Notes: a model not told the origin generated them from the letters alone. Positions 46,702 through 57,078 are shown, counted from the first letter of the stretch. The stretch: DNA of 64,000 nt from Bdellovibrionota bacterium (GCA_044345405.1 JBIJBE010000007.1:1-64000); one strand, 5' to 3'. A program made the numbers and translations.

Positions 46702-46857
46702 CGCGATTCAAAGTTGCGCGAAAAGAGAGCTCGGACCGCGGATAGACACGCATGTGCACCACCGCAGGGGGCCGTCATCGACGGTCGATCCTCACCGCTC
46801 GCGCAAAAGAGAACTGGAGTCCCCAAGGTTGGCTGAGAAGAGAAAGAAACAATCTCT

Positions 46858-47205
46858 CTACAAATCTGTATACTTCTTATTACTCCCCTTCGCTTTCTCA
46901 AGGGGATACTTCTCTTCATTCCGAGCCATTTTGCGCTCGAACGCGGCTTCCAGATCGACACCGCTGTCGTGCGCCATCAAGAGGGTCCAGTAGAGAACAT
47001 CGGAGAGTTCATCACCGATTCGCTCTTTAAGACTCTCAAGCTTTGCCGCTACCTCAGAGTCATTTTTGAATTGAAAGATTTCGCCTACCTCGCCCGCCTC
47101 AAGCATCAACGAGAGCGCGATATCTTTGAGGCCGTGGAACTGCTTCCAATCTCGGGCATCACGGAATGAGACGATGTGGTGGGTGATCTCTTGTAGATTT
47201 TTCAT
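46858..47205 (-). CDS. MazG-like nucleotide pyrophosphohydrolase
   Basis: RDWKQFH, EAGEVGE, DELSDV, KMARNEEKYP…KG…KY. Confidence 0.9.
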   Translation of the reverse strand: MKNLQEITHHIVSFRDARDWKQFHGLKDIALSLMLEAGEVGEIFQFKNDSEVAAKLESLKERIGDELSDVLYWTLLMAHDSGVDLEAAFERKMARNEEKYPLEKAKGSNKKYTDL

Positions 47206-47380
47206 GACTCTCCTTGAGCAACGCTCGAAGGCTACTACGGAGACTATCTCTTTTCCACGTTCTTGAGAGGACCTCACATTGGCTGATTACGGCTACCGGA
47301 TTGCCTATCCACTTGATCTCGGGTTACCAGGCTCCCACTATTATATTGTTTGAGCCCATCGGGGATGCTCTAATAAAGGG

Positions 47381-48973
47381 ATGTTTCGTTGTTTATTATC
47401 AGCCATCACCGTGCTCGTTGTATTCGCGAACGCGGCTCAGGCTCAGCTTCTCGACCCAATGCTCACCGAGCAGGTGGCCACGACCGGAGCGAACAAAGCC
47501 GTCGACATAACCCAAACCAAAGCCCCTTCCGGAGACAAGCTTTGGGACACTCGCGTATTCCGAGCAAAGTCATCGGGAACCTGCGTCCCCAATACCCCGA
47601 GCTCAATATCTCTCGCAACTATTGAACCGGGTCGCATCCATGCGGATGTCAGGAACACGCGGGGGGAAGTGTCCATAACGTGGAAGTTCGGCGCCGGAAT
47701 CCCAGCTTCGGAGTTGCCATTCTCGGGAGTCGAGTTTTCGATCGTAAATCAAACTCCGAAATCCGAACTCACCATCTCGGCATCGACGGTGCTCAACACC
47801 TCCGCCATCCCCCTCTCAAGCAAACGCACGGGAATACACGTTCCCACCACGCTATCCCCTCAAGGAAAGAGGATCTCTGTTTCCTTTCTCGACCTCGCCC
47901 CGAGAGTTTTTAAGAGCGACTCGCTCCTTGTGAACTCTTTGTCCGTGTCGCTCTTAGTAGAGAGCAGCTGCGACGCGCTCTACTCGATCCAAAGCGTTAC
48001 GTTGATGCCTCGCGATGGGTCGGGACCAAAAAAACCGAAGCGGCGTGGACCTCCGGGAACAGCGGAGGCGACGCCAACGGCGGAGAGCACCGTGACTCCT
48101 CAGCAGAATCCCTGCACCACGGACGAAACGGTTCCTCAGAAGGTCGCCGAATGCGAAGCCGATGCGCAACGCAGGGGGAGTAGCTGCGCCACCTGGAGTT
48201 GCGAATGCGTTCCTGACACGAAGACGAACACCTATTTTATCAGTCGGTCGAGCGCCTCGCTCGGTTCCTCAGATGGAAAAGAGTGTGTGAACCACATCTG
48301 TGGCGATAAACCCGGACGGTGCTCTGAATGGGGAACCTGCATAGCGCCCCAGTTCTATGGGTACGAACATCCGCTTTTCTCCATCTCAGATATTGTCGGA
48401 TTTTCGACATCGGGCAACTCTATCGATTTGGATTGTGTCAACAGCAAGCGCCTACCGACATCCCAGCAACTCTGTTCCCTCACGCCCACTCAAGTTGAAC
48501 AGATGATCGCAGGTTCCATACTGGTCGGATCTACCTGCGAACTAACTGAGCAACTCAAGGGGGTCTGCGACCCATCCGGTAGCTGCGTCCCCGATACGAA
48601 AGCCGATTACTACTGTAAGAGCAACGTTAACTGCACCCCCTGCGGGGCTCCTGGAAACATCTGCTGGGGCGGAAAGTGCCTCACAAAAGCCCAAGCATCC
48701 TTTCAGCTCTGCCAGAGCACTCATTACTTCAACACTGGCAGGGGCGTATGCAAGCCGTGCTTCGCCACCTTTAACCTGAATAAGGACGGCTCGTGTGGCA
48801 CCGGCATTATCTCCTCCGACCCGCGCGGAGTGAATATGGATGGCGCAAAGTGCTGGCGCGACAATGGTCGATTGCGGGGAGCCTGTGTCGGTGGAGAATG
48901 CGTAGGAAGCCCGACTCCACTAGCTACGGCAACCGCGCGGCCGCAAGCTTCTCCAGTGTCACGGGGTAGATAA
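47381..48973 (+). CDS. Secreted cysteine-rich protein
   Basis: Signal peptide ending AQA-Q, a beta-rich N-domain, and 26 Cys in the C-terminal half. Confidence 0.75.
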   Translation: MFRCLLSAITVLVVFANAAQAQLLDPMLTEQVATTGANKAVDITQTKAPSGDKLWDTRVFRAKSSGTCVPNTPSSISLATIEPGRIHADVRNTRGEVSITWKFGAGIPASELPFSGVEFSIVNQTPKSELTISASTVLNTSAIPLSSKRTGIHVPTTLSPQGKRISVSFLDLAPRVFKSDSLLVNSLSVSLLVESSCDALYSIQSVTLMPRDGSGPKKPKRRGPPGTAEATPTAESTVTPQQNPCTTDETVPQKVAECEADAQRRGSSCATWSCECVPDTKTNTYFISRSSASLGSSDGKECVNHICGDKPGRCSEWGTCIAPQFYGYEHPLFSISDIVGFSTSGNSIDLDCVNSKRLPTSQQLCSLTPTQVEQMIAGSILVGSTCELTEQLKGVCDPSGSCVPDTKADYYCKSNVNCTPCGAPGNICWGGKCLTKAQASFQLCQSTHYFNTGRGVCKPCFATFNLNKDGSCGTGIISSDPRGVNMDGAKCWRDNGRLRGACVGGECVGSPTPLATATARPQASPVSRGR

Positions 48974-48981
48974 CGTATTCG

Positions 48982-49992
48982 CTAAACGTTTGGCGTCGGA
49001 GCAACCCGCGGCTGCGCGCACGTCGCGAACGCGTCGGTTCTGAGCGCCCACTCATACGAGAGCCTTAAGCCAACTTCGAGTGATATCTGCGGCTCCCATC
49101 CAAGGGACTTCACTTTAGAAACATCGAGAACCTTTCGTGGGGTTCCATCAGGCTTGGAGGAGTCGAAGACGATCTCGCCCTTGAAACCGACCACCTTCGC
49201 CATCGTGAAGGCGAGCTCTCGGATCGTAACATCCTCTCCCGTTCCGACGTTAAGGAACTGAGGCTCGTTGTAGCTCTCCATGACGGTGAGCGCGGCTTCA
49301 GCGAAATCATCCGCGTAGAGGAACTCCCGTCGCGGAGCCCCTGTTCCCCACACGGTAACAGAGGACGCTCCACCACGCGCCGCTTCATGGAATCTTCGCA
49401 TCATGCCCGGAATAACGTGAGAGTGATCGGGATGAAAATTATCGTTCGGTCCGTACATATTCGTTGGCATCACAGACACGAAGCATTTGCCGTACTGCTG
49501 GTAGAACTTTTCGCACAACTTGAGACCCGCGATCTTCGCGATGGCGTACCCTTCGTTCGTTGGCTCAAGGGGGCCTGAGAGAAGCGCCTCCTCTGGGATC
49601 GGTTGTGGAGAGAACTTTGGATAGATACAGGAGCTGCCGAGGTAGAGGAGCTTCTTCACATCATAGAGCGCCGCGGCCTGAATCACGTTGGCCGAGATCA
49701 TCATGTTCTCGTAGAGAAAGTCAGCTTGATGAAGTGAGTTATGGAGGATCCCACCTACCTTCGCGGCGCATACGAACACGAAATCGATCTTCTCCTCTCT
49801 GAAGAACTCTCTCACCGCGGTTTGATCGAGGAGGTCGAGCTCTGAGCGGGTTCTGAGAACGAGATTGCTAAACCCATAGGCGCGTAACCGGCGAACGATG
49901 GCCGAACCTACCAGCCCCCTGTGCCCAGCCACAAAGATGCGGGAATCGTGCGTTAGTGTGGAGAAAACCCTCAGAGAACCCATGCTCTCCAT
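48982..49992 (-). CDS. fcl: GDP-L-fucose synthase
   Basis: GHRGLVGSA, AAKVGGI, LGSSCIYP, YAIAKIAG, VWGTG…REF, KPDGTPRK; start uncertain. Confidence 0.95.
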   Translation of the reverse strand: MESMGSLRVFSTLTHDSRIFVAGHRGLVGSAIVRRLRAYGFSNLVLRTRSELDLLDQTAVREFFREEKIDFVFVCAAKVGGILHNSLHQADFLYENMMISANVIQAAALYDVKKLLYLGSSCIYPKFSPQPIPEEALLSGPLEPTNEGYAIAKIAGLKLCEKFYQQYGKCFVSVMPTNMYGPNDNFHPDHSHVIPGMMRRFHEAARGGASSVTVWGTGAPRREFLYADDFAEAALTVMESYNEPQFLNVGTGEDVTIRELAFTMAKVVGFKGEIVFDSSKPDGTPRKVLDVSKVKSLGWEPQISLEVGLRLSYEWALRTDAFATCAQPRVAPTPNV

Positions 49993-50322
49993 TAGATGGA
50001 GAGCCCTCGGTTTGAGATTCAAAGGTGTTTGAAATAGTGGCCAACTGTCGGTTTCCCTAACCTTTTTAGACCCTTGCGTGACTTAGCGAACGACGGGAGG
50101 GATACTCCCGCCAGGGTCTCGAAAACCCTTCGTATGGGCACCTCCCGGCGATACGGTTTTTTTCGAGATTGCTGTGGGGGCACATCACGCGATCAGCACC
50201 GTAGTTCGCTACACCCTTAGCCAGCCTTGAGAGGCTCGCAAAGGGTGTGGCGAAAGGCTTACGGTTAGTCCTATCGCGCACATCCTCCCGACGGGGAGCT
50301 TCTCTAGTCAGAGGATAAAGAG

Positions 50323-50598
50323 ATGTCAAAGTTTTTGGGCCTGGCGGTGTTTGCCGGCGGTTCGGCGCTCTTCCTGAGCGGATGCCAGTCAACGGGGCAG
50401 TATACTCCCCCGACGTACGTGGCTCCAGCTCCGAGTTTTGCGCCCCCGGCGCTACAACACTATTCAGGTCCTCCTCCAATTCCATCCGGCCCCTCAGTCG
50501 AAACGGCGCCCCCTCCTTTGGCTCCTGAGCCCAAGAAGACGAGCGCACCGACATCGACGAAGCCGGATGTTCCACCTAAACCCGAGAGAATCGCGTAA
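50323..50598 (+). CDS. Small Pro-rich lipoprotein
   Basis: SD GAGG, lipobox LSG-C, Pro-rich mature part. Confidence 0.75.
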   Translation: MSKFLGLAVFAGGSALFLSGCQSTGQYTPPTYVAPAPSFAPPALQHYSGPPPIPSGPSVETAPPPLAPEPKKTSAPTSTKPDVPPKPERIA

Positions 50599-50765
50599 GG
50601 GTGGATAGATGAGTTGGGCGCCTCACAGCATACAATCGAATTTATTTCGAGCGTTTTGGCTTTGAGGTGCCCTTCTTTTCTCTGCGGCAACGGCACAAAG
50701 GAACGACGAAGATGCTTGTCCCCCGAAGCTTTGCGAAGGGAGAAGCGCCAACGGCGCGTAGGGGG

Positions 50766-50918
50766 AACGTCTACGTCTGACGTATCACGTAGAACGTCGA
50801 CGGTTCACGGCATACGTCCTACGTCGACGGAGTTCGTCAACGTCGAACGTCCCACGTAAAGCGTCTACGGTTCACGTTTCACATCATCGGTAATCGTCAT
50901 CGCTAATCGCTAATCGCC
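50766..50918. repeat. Degenerate 6-7-nt periodic ACG(T) array followed by an ATCG array
   Basis: ACGTCT ACGTCTG ACGTATC ACGTAGA ACGTCG ACGGTTC… to 50880, then ATCGGTA ATCGTC ATCGCTA ATCGCTA ATCGCC. Confidence 0.75.
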
Positions 50919-50919
50919 G

Positions 50920-51414
50920 CTATAGCTCCAACAAGAAACGGATCTGCTTCACCAGCAAACCATCCGCTCTGAACTTCTCACAGAACATATCCGCGCCCTT
51001 CTCAAGCGCCGAGAATTCGATATCTTCGCCGCACGCGGTAAGTACGATGACCGGAACCTCTTGGGTATTCCATTCAGCGTCCATGTTCCGTAACGCCTTC
51101 ACAAAATCGAAGCCGTTCATATTCGGCATCTTGTAATCCGCAACGATCACGTTGAACGGTCGCTCCTCGGCGAGATGCAGCGCCTGTTCCGCCGAGTCGG
51201 CGGTAACGACCTTGTACCCCGCTCGCTCTACCATCAGTTGCAGCATACTGAGTTGATCAGCATCGTCATCAATGATCAGCACAGAATTTTGACGGGGCTT
51301 CTTCGGCTTCACGTCGTAGGAATAATCCCAGTCGCCAGCGAGCTCGTCGGCGTCTAATCCCAAGCCGCGTGATGTGCCGTTTTTCTTGTTCCCGCGTGCG
51401 TGACCCATACTCAT
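50920..51414 (-). CDS. Stand-alone receiver-domain response regulator with an N-terminal extension
   Basis: LIIDDD, ADYKMPNMNG, VLTA, GADMFCEK. Confidence 0.88.
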   Translation of the reverse strand: MSMGHARGNKKNGTSRGLGLDADELAGDWDYSYDVKPKKPRQNSVLIIDDDADQLSMLQLMVERAGYKVVTADSAEQALHLAEERPFNVIVADYKMPNMNGFDFVKALRNMDAEWNTQEVPVIVLTACGEDIEFSALEKGADMFCEKFRADGLLVKQIRFLLEL

Positions 51415-51832
51415 ACTCCCGTGATAGCCGTCCCGTGTCGGGGCACCGTCGGACCCAGTTTTCCGCTCGACGCCTTAGGAATCAGAGTCGACAGGTGAGG
51501 CCAGTTCCTTTCGGGACTAGCGCCATTTTTATGCCGGAATTGGTGCTCTTTTCATCCCACCAGGCGTCACGAATTCGGAGGCCAACCCGCCATCCCGGAC
51601 GCTCTGGCGCGACCGCCCATCCCAGGGAATTGACTTTACCTATCCGGTTGTTTTAACTGGGGGGTTCTGGTTGGTTGTCGTCGCCTCAAGGGCATACAGG
51701 GTCCTCCCCTCTCGTTTTGAGCACTCGAACACCCCAACCGGGGTCCGCACCGTAGGGTGCAAGGATCTCGTATCCCAGCGGGAGATACGGGGGCCTAGGT
51801 AGAGGATGTACTCCCGCGCAAGGACGTAAGAG

Positions 51833-52219
51833 ATGATTCGCAAGGCGACCCTGAACGATATCCCCGGAATTCTAGAGTTGGTCAACGCCAACCTCGGCAC
51901 CCTCCTCCCACGATCGAGTAGCGATTATGAGGAGCTCATAGAGACCACCTACGTCTGCGAAAAAGACGGTCGCATAGCCGGTAGCTGCGTGTTAGAGATC
52001 TACAGCCCGAAGATAGCAGAGATACGATCGTTTGTTGTGCACAAGGACTATCGTAGCCAGGGTGTCGGCAAGGCACTCATCGCGGAGGCCGTAGCCGAGG
52101 CTCGAAAGCGCAACATTCGAGAGATCATGGTGGTCACCTCGGCGCGTGAGTACTTCGAGAAGCAGAACTTCGGCGCGTGTCTCAATGAGAAGTTCGCCCT
52201 CTTTTGGAACGGTCGGTAA
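51833..52219 (+). CDS. Short GNAT N-acetyltransferase (ArgA-like)
   Basis: IRKATLND, LLPR, AEIRS, RSQGVGK; first gene before argC-argB. Confidence 0.8.
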   Translation: MIRKATLNDIPGILELVNANLGTLLPRSSSDYEELIETTYVCEKDGRIAGSCVLEIYSPKIAEIRSFVVHKDYRSQGVGKALIAEAVAEARKRNIREIMVVTSAREYFEKQNFGACLNEKFALFWNGR

Positions 52220-52223
52220 TCAG

Positions 52224-53273
52224 ATGGGAAAGAGATTTGGTGTCGCGATAATCGGGGGAAGTGGCTACGGCGCGGGAGAAACGATTCGTCTCCTCTCACT
52301 CCACCCTGATATCGAGGTGTGTAGCGTCTCATCTCGCTCGCACGTGGGCAAACCGATCTCATTAATTCACACCCATCTCGCCGGTATCACCGAACTCACC
52401 TTTGAGGAATCTCCGAAGATGGAGACCCTCAAACGATACGAGAGGAGCGCGGTCATCCTCGCCATGCCGAGCGGACTCGCGGTTCCAACTGTAGAGAAGC
52501 TCCTCGCAGAGGGATTACCGGAGACAACGTCGGTGATTGATCTCTCCGGAGATTTGCGACTCACCAACCAAGCCGAGCATGAGAGATTTTATGCCGAAGT
52601 TCCCTTCGCGCCAGAGGTGAGAAAGCGTTTCTCATACGGACTTCCAGAGGTAACGGGAACTGCGTCTACTGCCCGCTTCATCACGAATCCTGGATGCCTC
52701 GCGACCGGAGCGATTATGGCGCTCGCGCCACTGCGCGCGTTCGAACTCGAGCGAACCGTTATCGTGGACGCGAAGACCGGAACCTCCGGCGCTGGACGTG
52801 AACCACAAGCGTCGATGCACCACCCAAGCCGATGCCTCGATTTCACGGCGTATAAAGTTTTAGCGCATCGCCATGAGCCGGAGATCCTTCAGGCGCTCGG
52901 AGAGTCGTTCTCAAAGAACCACGCGATGATGTTCGTTCCGCATCTGATACCTACCTCGCGAGGGGAGTTTATCACCGCGTACGCGACCCTCAAAAATGGT
53001 GAGAGCGAAGCGACCGTGCGAGAGGCATATACCTCCTTCTATAAGAACTCCCCCTTCGTGCGGCTTCGTACCACCCCTCCCCGCCTTGTGGATGTCGTAG
53101 GGACAAATTTCTGCGACATCTGCGTCTCGGTTCGCCAGGGACAGGTTTGCGTCATGAGCTCGATCGACAACCTGGGCAAGGGGATGGCGGGGCAAGCGAT
53201 TCAAAACCTCAACATCATCTTCGGACTCCCACAAGGACTTGGTCTTCTCCACGCCTCGTTAGGACCTGTGTAG
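52224..53273 (+). CDS. argC: N-acetyl-gamma-glutamyl-phosphate reductase
   Basis: GGSGYG, IDLSGDLR, YGLPE, NPGC, SGAG, HRHEPEI, IDNLGKGMAGQA. Confidence 0.96.
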   Translation: MGKRFGVAIIGGSGYGAGETIRLLSLHPDIEVCSVSSRSHVGKPISLIHTHLAGITELTFEESPKMETLKRYERSAVILAMPSGLAVPTVEKLLAEGLPETTSVIDLSGDLRLTNQAEHERFYAEVPFAPEVRKRFSYGLPEVTGTASTARFITNPGCLATGAIMALAPLRAFELERTVIVDAKTGTSGAGREPQASMHHPSRCLDFTAYKVLAHRHEPEILQALGESFSKNHAMMFVPHLIPTSRGEFITAYATLKNGESEATVREAYTSFYKNSPFVRLRTTPPRLVDVVGTNFCDICVSVRQGQVCVMSSIDNLGKGMAGQAIQNLNIIFGLPQGLGLLHASLGPV

Positions 53274-53282
53274 GACTCGCGT

Positions 53283-54128
53283 ATGAACGATCAGATAGCC
53301 TCGACGATAACCTCCTCATATCCCCGAATTGGCGAACTCCGAGGCAAGACCGTGCTTGTGAAATACGGCGGCGCGGCGATGGAGGACGATCACACCCGAC
53401 ACCTGGTATGTCAGGAGGTCGCGGCGCTCCAAACATTGGGAGTAAAGATCGTCGTTGTCCACGGTGGGGGGAAGGAGATCTCGCGAATGATGGAGCGGGT
53501 CGGCCTTATCCCCCATTTTATCGACGGCCTACGAGTCACGGATCCCGAGGCGATGAAGATAACCGAGATGGTTCTCTCCGGCACGATCAACAGCGACCTC
53601 GTATCTCGAATAACTCGCTCAGGAGCACACGCGCTCGGACTGAGTGGCCGCGACGCACGACTTATCGAAGCGAAGAGACTCAAAGGCAAAAACGGAGAAG
53701 ACCTCGGACAAACGGGAGAGGTCGCGTCAACTAACATCGCTCCGATCATCGCGGCTTTGGAGGGCGGGTTCGTGCCGGTCATATCACCCGTCGGAGAAAC
53801 TGTTGATGGGGAGCCCCTCAATCTCAACGCCGACTACGCCGCCGCCGCTATCGCCGGGGCCCTTGGGGTTGAAAGCTGCGTCTTTCTCACCGATGTAGCG
53901 GGGGTCAAAAAGGATGGAGAGGTTCAACCAGCGCTCACCCAGGCTCAGATAGACCGATTGATTTCAGAGGGAACTATCACCGGTGGAATGATTCCGAAGG
54001 TACAGTGTGCCCTCAAGGCGCTCCAGGCGGGGTGTGCTCGCGCCATTATTTGTGAGGCCTCCCGTCCCCTGATCATCACCTGTGCTCTAACCGGCAGCGA
54101 GGCGAGCGGGACCACTATCTCCAAATAA
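53283..54128 (+). CDS. argB: Acetylglutamate kinase
   Basis: KYGGAAM, VHGGG, GLRVTD, NLNAD, LTDVAG, GGMIPKV. Confidence 0.96.
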   Translation: MNDQIASTITSSYPRIGELRGKTVLVKYGGAAMEDDHTRHLVCQEVAALQTLGVKIVVVHGGGKEISRMMERVGLIPHFIDGLRVTDPEAMKITEMVLSGTINSDLVSRITRSGAHALGLSGRDARLIEAKRLKGKNGEDLGQTGEVASTNIAPIIAALEGGFVPVISPVGETVDGEPLNLNADYAAAAIAGALGVESCVFLTDVAGVKKDGEVQPALTQAQIDRLISEGTITGGMIPKVQCALKALQAGCARAIICEASRPLIITCALTGSEASGTTISK

Positions 54129-54282
54129 ACCGGCCGTTTTGTTGACTTTTCGACGGGACCTCCGCTGGGCCCCAGGATCCCCCTCTGTGTAAGAGCGAGC
54201 CCCCTCTTCCATTTGCCTGAATCACCTTTTTAGCGATATTCTCCCCATCATTCACTCCGCTCGTTTGTATCTGGAGATCTGT

Positions 54283-55002
54283 ATGGGCCGTATTTTCGAA
54301 AAACGTAAAGACCGAATGTTCGCGCGCTGGGCTAAAAACGCCAAGGCGTTCACCAAGCTCGGCAAAGAGATCGCGATCTCAGTAAAACTTTCGGGCCCAC
54401 ATCCGGAAAGCAATCCACGTCTCCGAATGGCGATTCAAACAGCCCGCTCCCTCAATATGCCAAAGGACCGTATCGAGGCCGCCATCAAGCGCGCCAGCTC
54501 GAAGGATCAAGCGGACTTAAACGAGATAACCTACGAGGGATTCGCTCCACACGGGGTTGGACTCTTCATTGAAGCCGCGACTGATAACGCTACCCGTACC
54601 GTAGCGAACGTGCGAAATATTCTCACGAAGCACGAGGGCAACCTCGCCACCACCGGCGCGCTTGAGTACATCTTCGAGCGTAAGGGAGTCTTCAAGATTA
54701 CCCCTCCGGCGGGAGATCTTGATGAGCTTGAGTTAGATCTTATCGATCACGGACTCGAGGAGATCTTCGAGGCTGACGATGGACTCCTCATCTACTGCAA
54801 CTTCAAACAGTTCGGCGATCTCCAAAAAGCTCTTGAGGCTCGTGGAGTTGAGGTAACGAGCGCCTCCTCTCAGCGCATCCCATCAAACTACATCAAGGTT
54901 ACCGCCGAGCAGGAACAAGAGATCCAGAAGATTATCGACAGGCTGGAGGAGGACGACGACGTTCAGAGCGTTTTCCACAACATGCAGTCAGAGGCTGAGT
55001 AA
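54283..55002 (+). CDS. yebC: YebC/PmpR family protein
   Basis: MGRIFEKRK, NPRLR, YEGFAPHG, TDNATRT, LEEDDDVQSVFHN. Confidence 0.93.
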   Translation: MGRIFEKRKDRMFARWAKNAKAFTKLGKEIAISVKLSGPHPESNPRLRMAIQTARSLNMPKDRIEAAIKRASSKDQADLNEITYEGFAPHGVGLFIEAATDNATRTVANVRNILTKHEGNLATTGALEYIFERKGVFKITPPAGDLDELELDLIDHGLEEIFEADDGLLIYCNFKQFGDLQKALEARGVEVTSASSQRIPSNYIKVTAEQEQEIQKIIDRLEEDDDVQSVFHNMQSEAE

Positions 55003-57078
55003 TTAAATTTTCCACTTCGCTCCGGCGGAGGAGTTGCCGAGCAAGATACGGAAGAGTAATCCGCAGAACACGCCGAAGGCTATCGGAGTGACCACCGGTA
55101 TGAAGAGCCCTAGCAGGAAGGCGAGGTACTGAATCGCCAAGACTCCAAGGACGCCTCCGGTCAGGTACACCACGAGCATATAGCCGGATGCCACAAGGAG
55201 TAACAGAGCAAAGCTCGCGGCCATGAGCGCCTGAATACTCACCTCGCTCAGAGGAGTTAATCGCCCAATCCAATCTTTCGAGAGAAGGTTAGAGGTCGCC
55301 GTCGCATGCACCTCGGTACCGAAGGTCATCGAGTCATAAGGGGTCACGAAGGCCTCACGTTGAGACGGCCCCGTCCGACTTCGAAGGTTTAGCCCAACGA
55401 ATACTATCTTGTCCTTAAACACATCAACGGGAAGAGGATTCTCATCAGAGAGAACCATGTAGTACGGCACCGTCGGGATTGTGCGAGATGGTCCGTAGTA
55501 GTTGATCAAAGAGCGCGTAGTCGGACGGTCGTCATCTTTTCCTATCCCACTCGCCGCCTCGGCGAGAGATGGTAGGTCAGGAAACATCTCCGAACGTTGT
55601 ACCGATAGGGCGCGAACCCGCGCGTCTGAGGTGGCAAACGTGACGTTACCCATCGCTCGCGCCTTTTTAGAAAGGCTATCTGTCGGCCGAATGAGCTGCT
55701 CAAGCAGATAGGATCCGTTAATCGTGGCTTGAAGGGAGAGCCCTGTAGCGGCTCCTAGAACTGTCGGCACATCGGCGACAGCGGCCGCGAGCCCCTCGTC
55801 GACCGCGGGATCGGATGAGGTGTCGGCGAAGATCACGTCAAACACCACCCTCTTGGGTGAGTAGGTCGCGAGCTTCCGCAATAGCTTCGTGTGGAGATCC
55901 CGAGGCCACGGAGATGTAAGTGGCACAGAGAGATTGGAATAGCTCTGCTCATCTACGGATATGATCGCCACGTCATTTCGAGGAGCTTTCTCTCCTCGGA
56001 TCTGAAAGAGCGTATCGAAATGACTGAACTCGTTTTTCGCTGAGGTCTCAGTGAGCGAGATAGGAACGGTGAGCATACCCACCAATACTGAGAGCATCGT
56101 CTTGGTGAGTAAGGTGCCGCGACGCCCTCGCCCGAGCAGCTTGCTCCGAAGAGGTTTGTCCACCAGAACTTCGTCGATCGCTAAGGTCTCAGGGACAAGA
56201 TTACTCACCAGGCTATCGCTGGACGAACGGGGCGCGTAGGTGTCCAAATTTCCGGCGAAGTAATTGACCGCCTTCATGCGAACTTTCGGATCTACTTCAA
56301 GGAGTCCCATTAATCCACGAGCGAGCCAATCAGGGATATCCTCCCGCAGCTCCTGAGGGTCGCGGGGAGCCTCCTCCACTTTTCGAAGTAACAACCTCGC
56401 CGGGACCTCATCATCGATGGGCGCGCGTTGCGTGAGGAGTTGATACACAATCGCTCCCAGAGCGTAGTAGTCAACAGCTATAGTCGCCTCTTCGCCAATT
56501 AAAGTCTCTGGAGCCAAGTAGGTAATCGTTCCAATAATCTCACCCGAATCAACGGTGAGCATCGATGCTCCACCTCGCGCGATACCGAAATCGGCGATCT
56601 TGAGCCTCCCGTTCTCCTCCATGATGATATTCGCGGGTTTCAGGTCTCGATGAATGACTCCCACCGAATGGATCGCGGCGAGACCTCGCATGATTTGAGC
56701 CGCGATACCGAGCGCGCGACTGATAGGTAAATCAGGCTCACGAAGTAACGCCTCGAGGGTGGCCCCTGGCAGATACTCCATAGTGTAAAAGAGGGTATCT
56801 CCGTCCTGACCGAAGTCAAAAGTACGAACCACATTCTCGTGATTGATCTTGTGCGTTAGCCTCACTTCCCGGAGGAATCGCTGAATCGTGTCCTCTCGGA
56901 GGTTTCGGTCCCTACGAAGCACCTTAATCGCGACCGTGGTCTCCCCGAGCACCACGTCCTCAGCCAGGTACACGGAGGCCATTCCGCCAGAACCAAGCGG
57001 CCGGATGATCCGATACCTATTCCCGATGATATGACCATGAGGAAGGTGTGGTGAAACAACTCCTCCGACAAATCCCAT
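55003..57078 (-). CDS. Ser/Thr protein kinase (N-terminal) fused to TM-CHASE2-3TM
   Basis: GSGGMASV, VAIK, HRDLKPAN, DFG, YLAPE; CHASE2 motifs VDEQS…PWPR, FDVIF, INYYGP, KDKIVFVG, GTEVHA. Start uncertain. Confidence 0.88.
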   Translation of the reverse strand: MGFVGGVVSPHLPHGHIIGNRYRIIRPLGSGGMASVYLAEDVVLGETTVAIKVLRRDRNLREDTIQRFLREVRLTHKINHENVVRTFDFGQDGDTLFYTMEYLPGATLEALLREPDLPISRALGIAAQIMRGLAAIHSVGVIHRDLKPANIIMEENGRLKIADFGIARGGASMLTVDSGEIIGTITYLAPETLIGEEATIAVDYYALGAIVYQLLTQRAPIDDEVPARLLLRKVEEAPRDPQELREDIPDWLARGLMGLLEVDPKVRMKAVNYFAGNLDTYAPRSSSDSLVSNLVPETLAIDEVLVDKPLRSKLLGRGRRGTLLTKTMLSVLVGMLTVPISLTETSAKNEFSHFDTLFQIRGEKAPRNDVAIISVDEQSYSNLSVPLTSPWPRDLHTKLLRKLATYSPKRVVFDVIFADTSSDPAVDEGLAAAVADVPTVLGAATGLSLQATINGSYLLEQLIRPTDSLSKKARAMGNVTFATSDARVRALSVQRSEMFPDLPSLAEAASGIGKDDDRPTTRSLINYYGPSRTIPTVPYYMVLSDENPLPVDVFKDKIVFVGLNLRSRTGPSQREAFVTPYDSMTFGTEVHATATSNLLSKDWIGRLTPLSEVSIQALMAASFALLLLVASGYMLVVYLTGGVLGVLAIQYLAFLLGLFIPVVTPIAFGVFCGLLFRILLGNSSAGAKWKI

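Noticed and set aside
46858-47205. MazG-like gene as part of an anti-phage or toxin-antitoxin system
   Set aside because: Stand-alone, with no adjacent toxin, nuclease or kinase partner; house-cleaning is the simpler reading.
50614-50859. Short ORFs over the ACG arrays (also 60745-60978)
   Set aside because: Low-complexity translations of the periodic repeats, with no SD or coding features.
51640-51800. 6S RNA, SRP RNA or tRNA identity for the hairpins
   Set aside because: No SRP GGAA/GCAGC core, no tRNA cloverleaf and no closed rod with a central bubble; kept only as an unassigned structured candidate.
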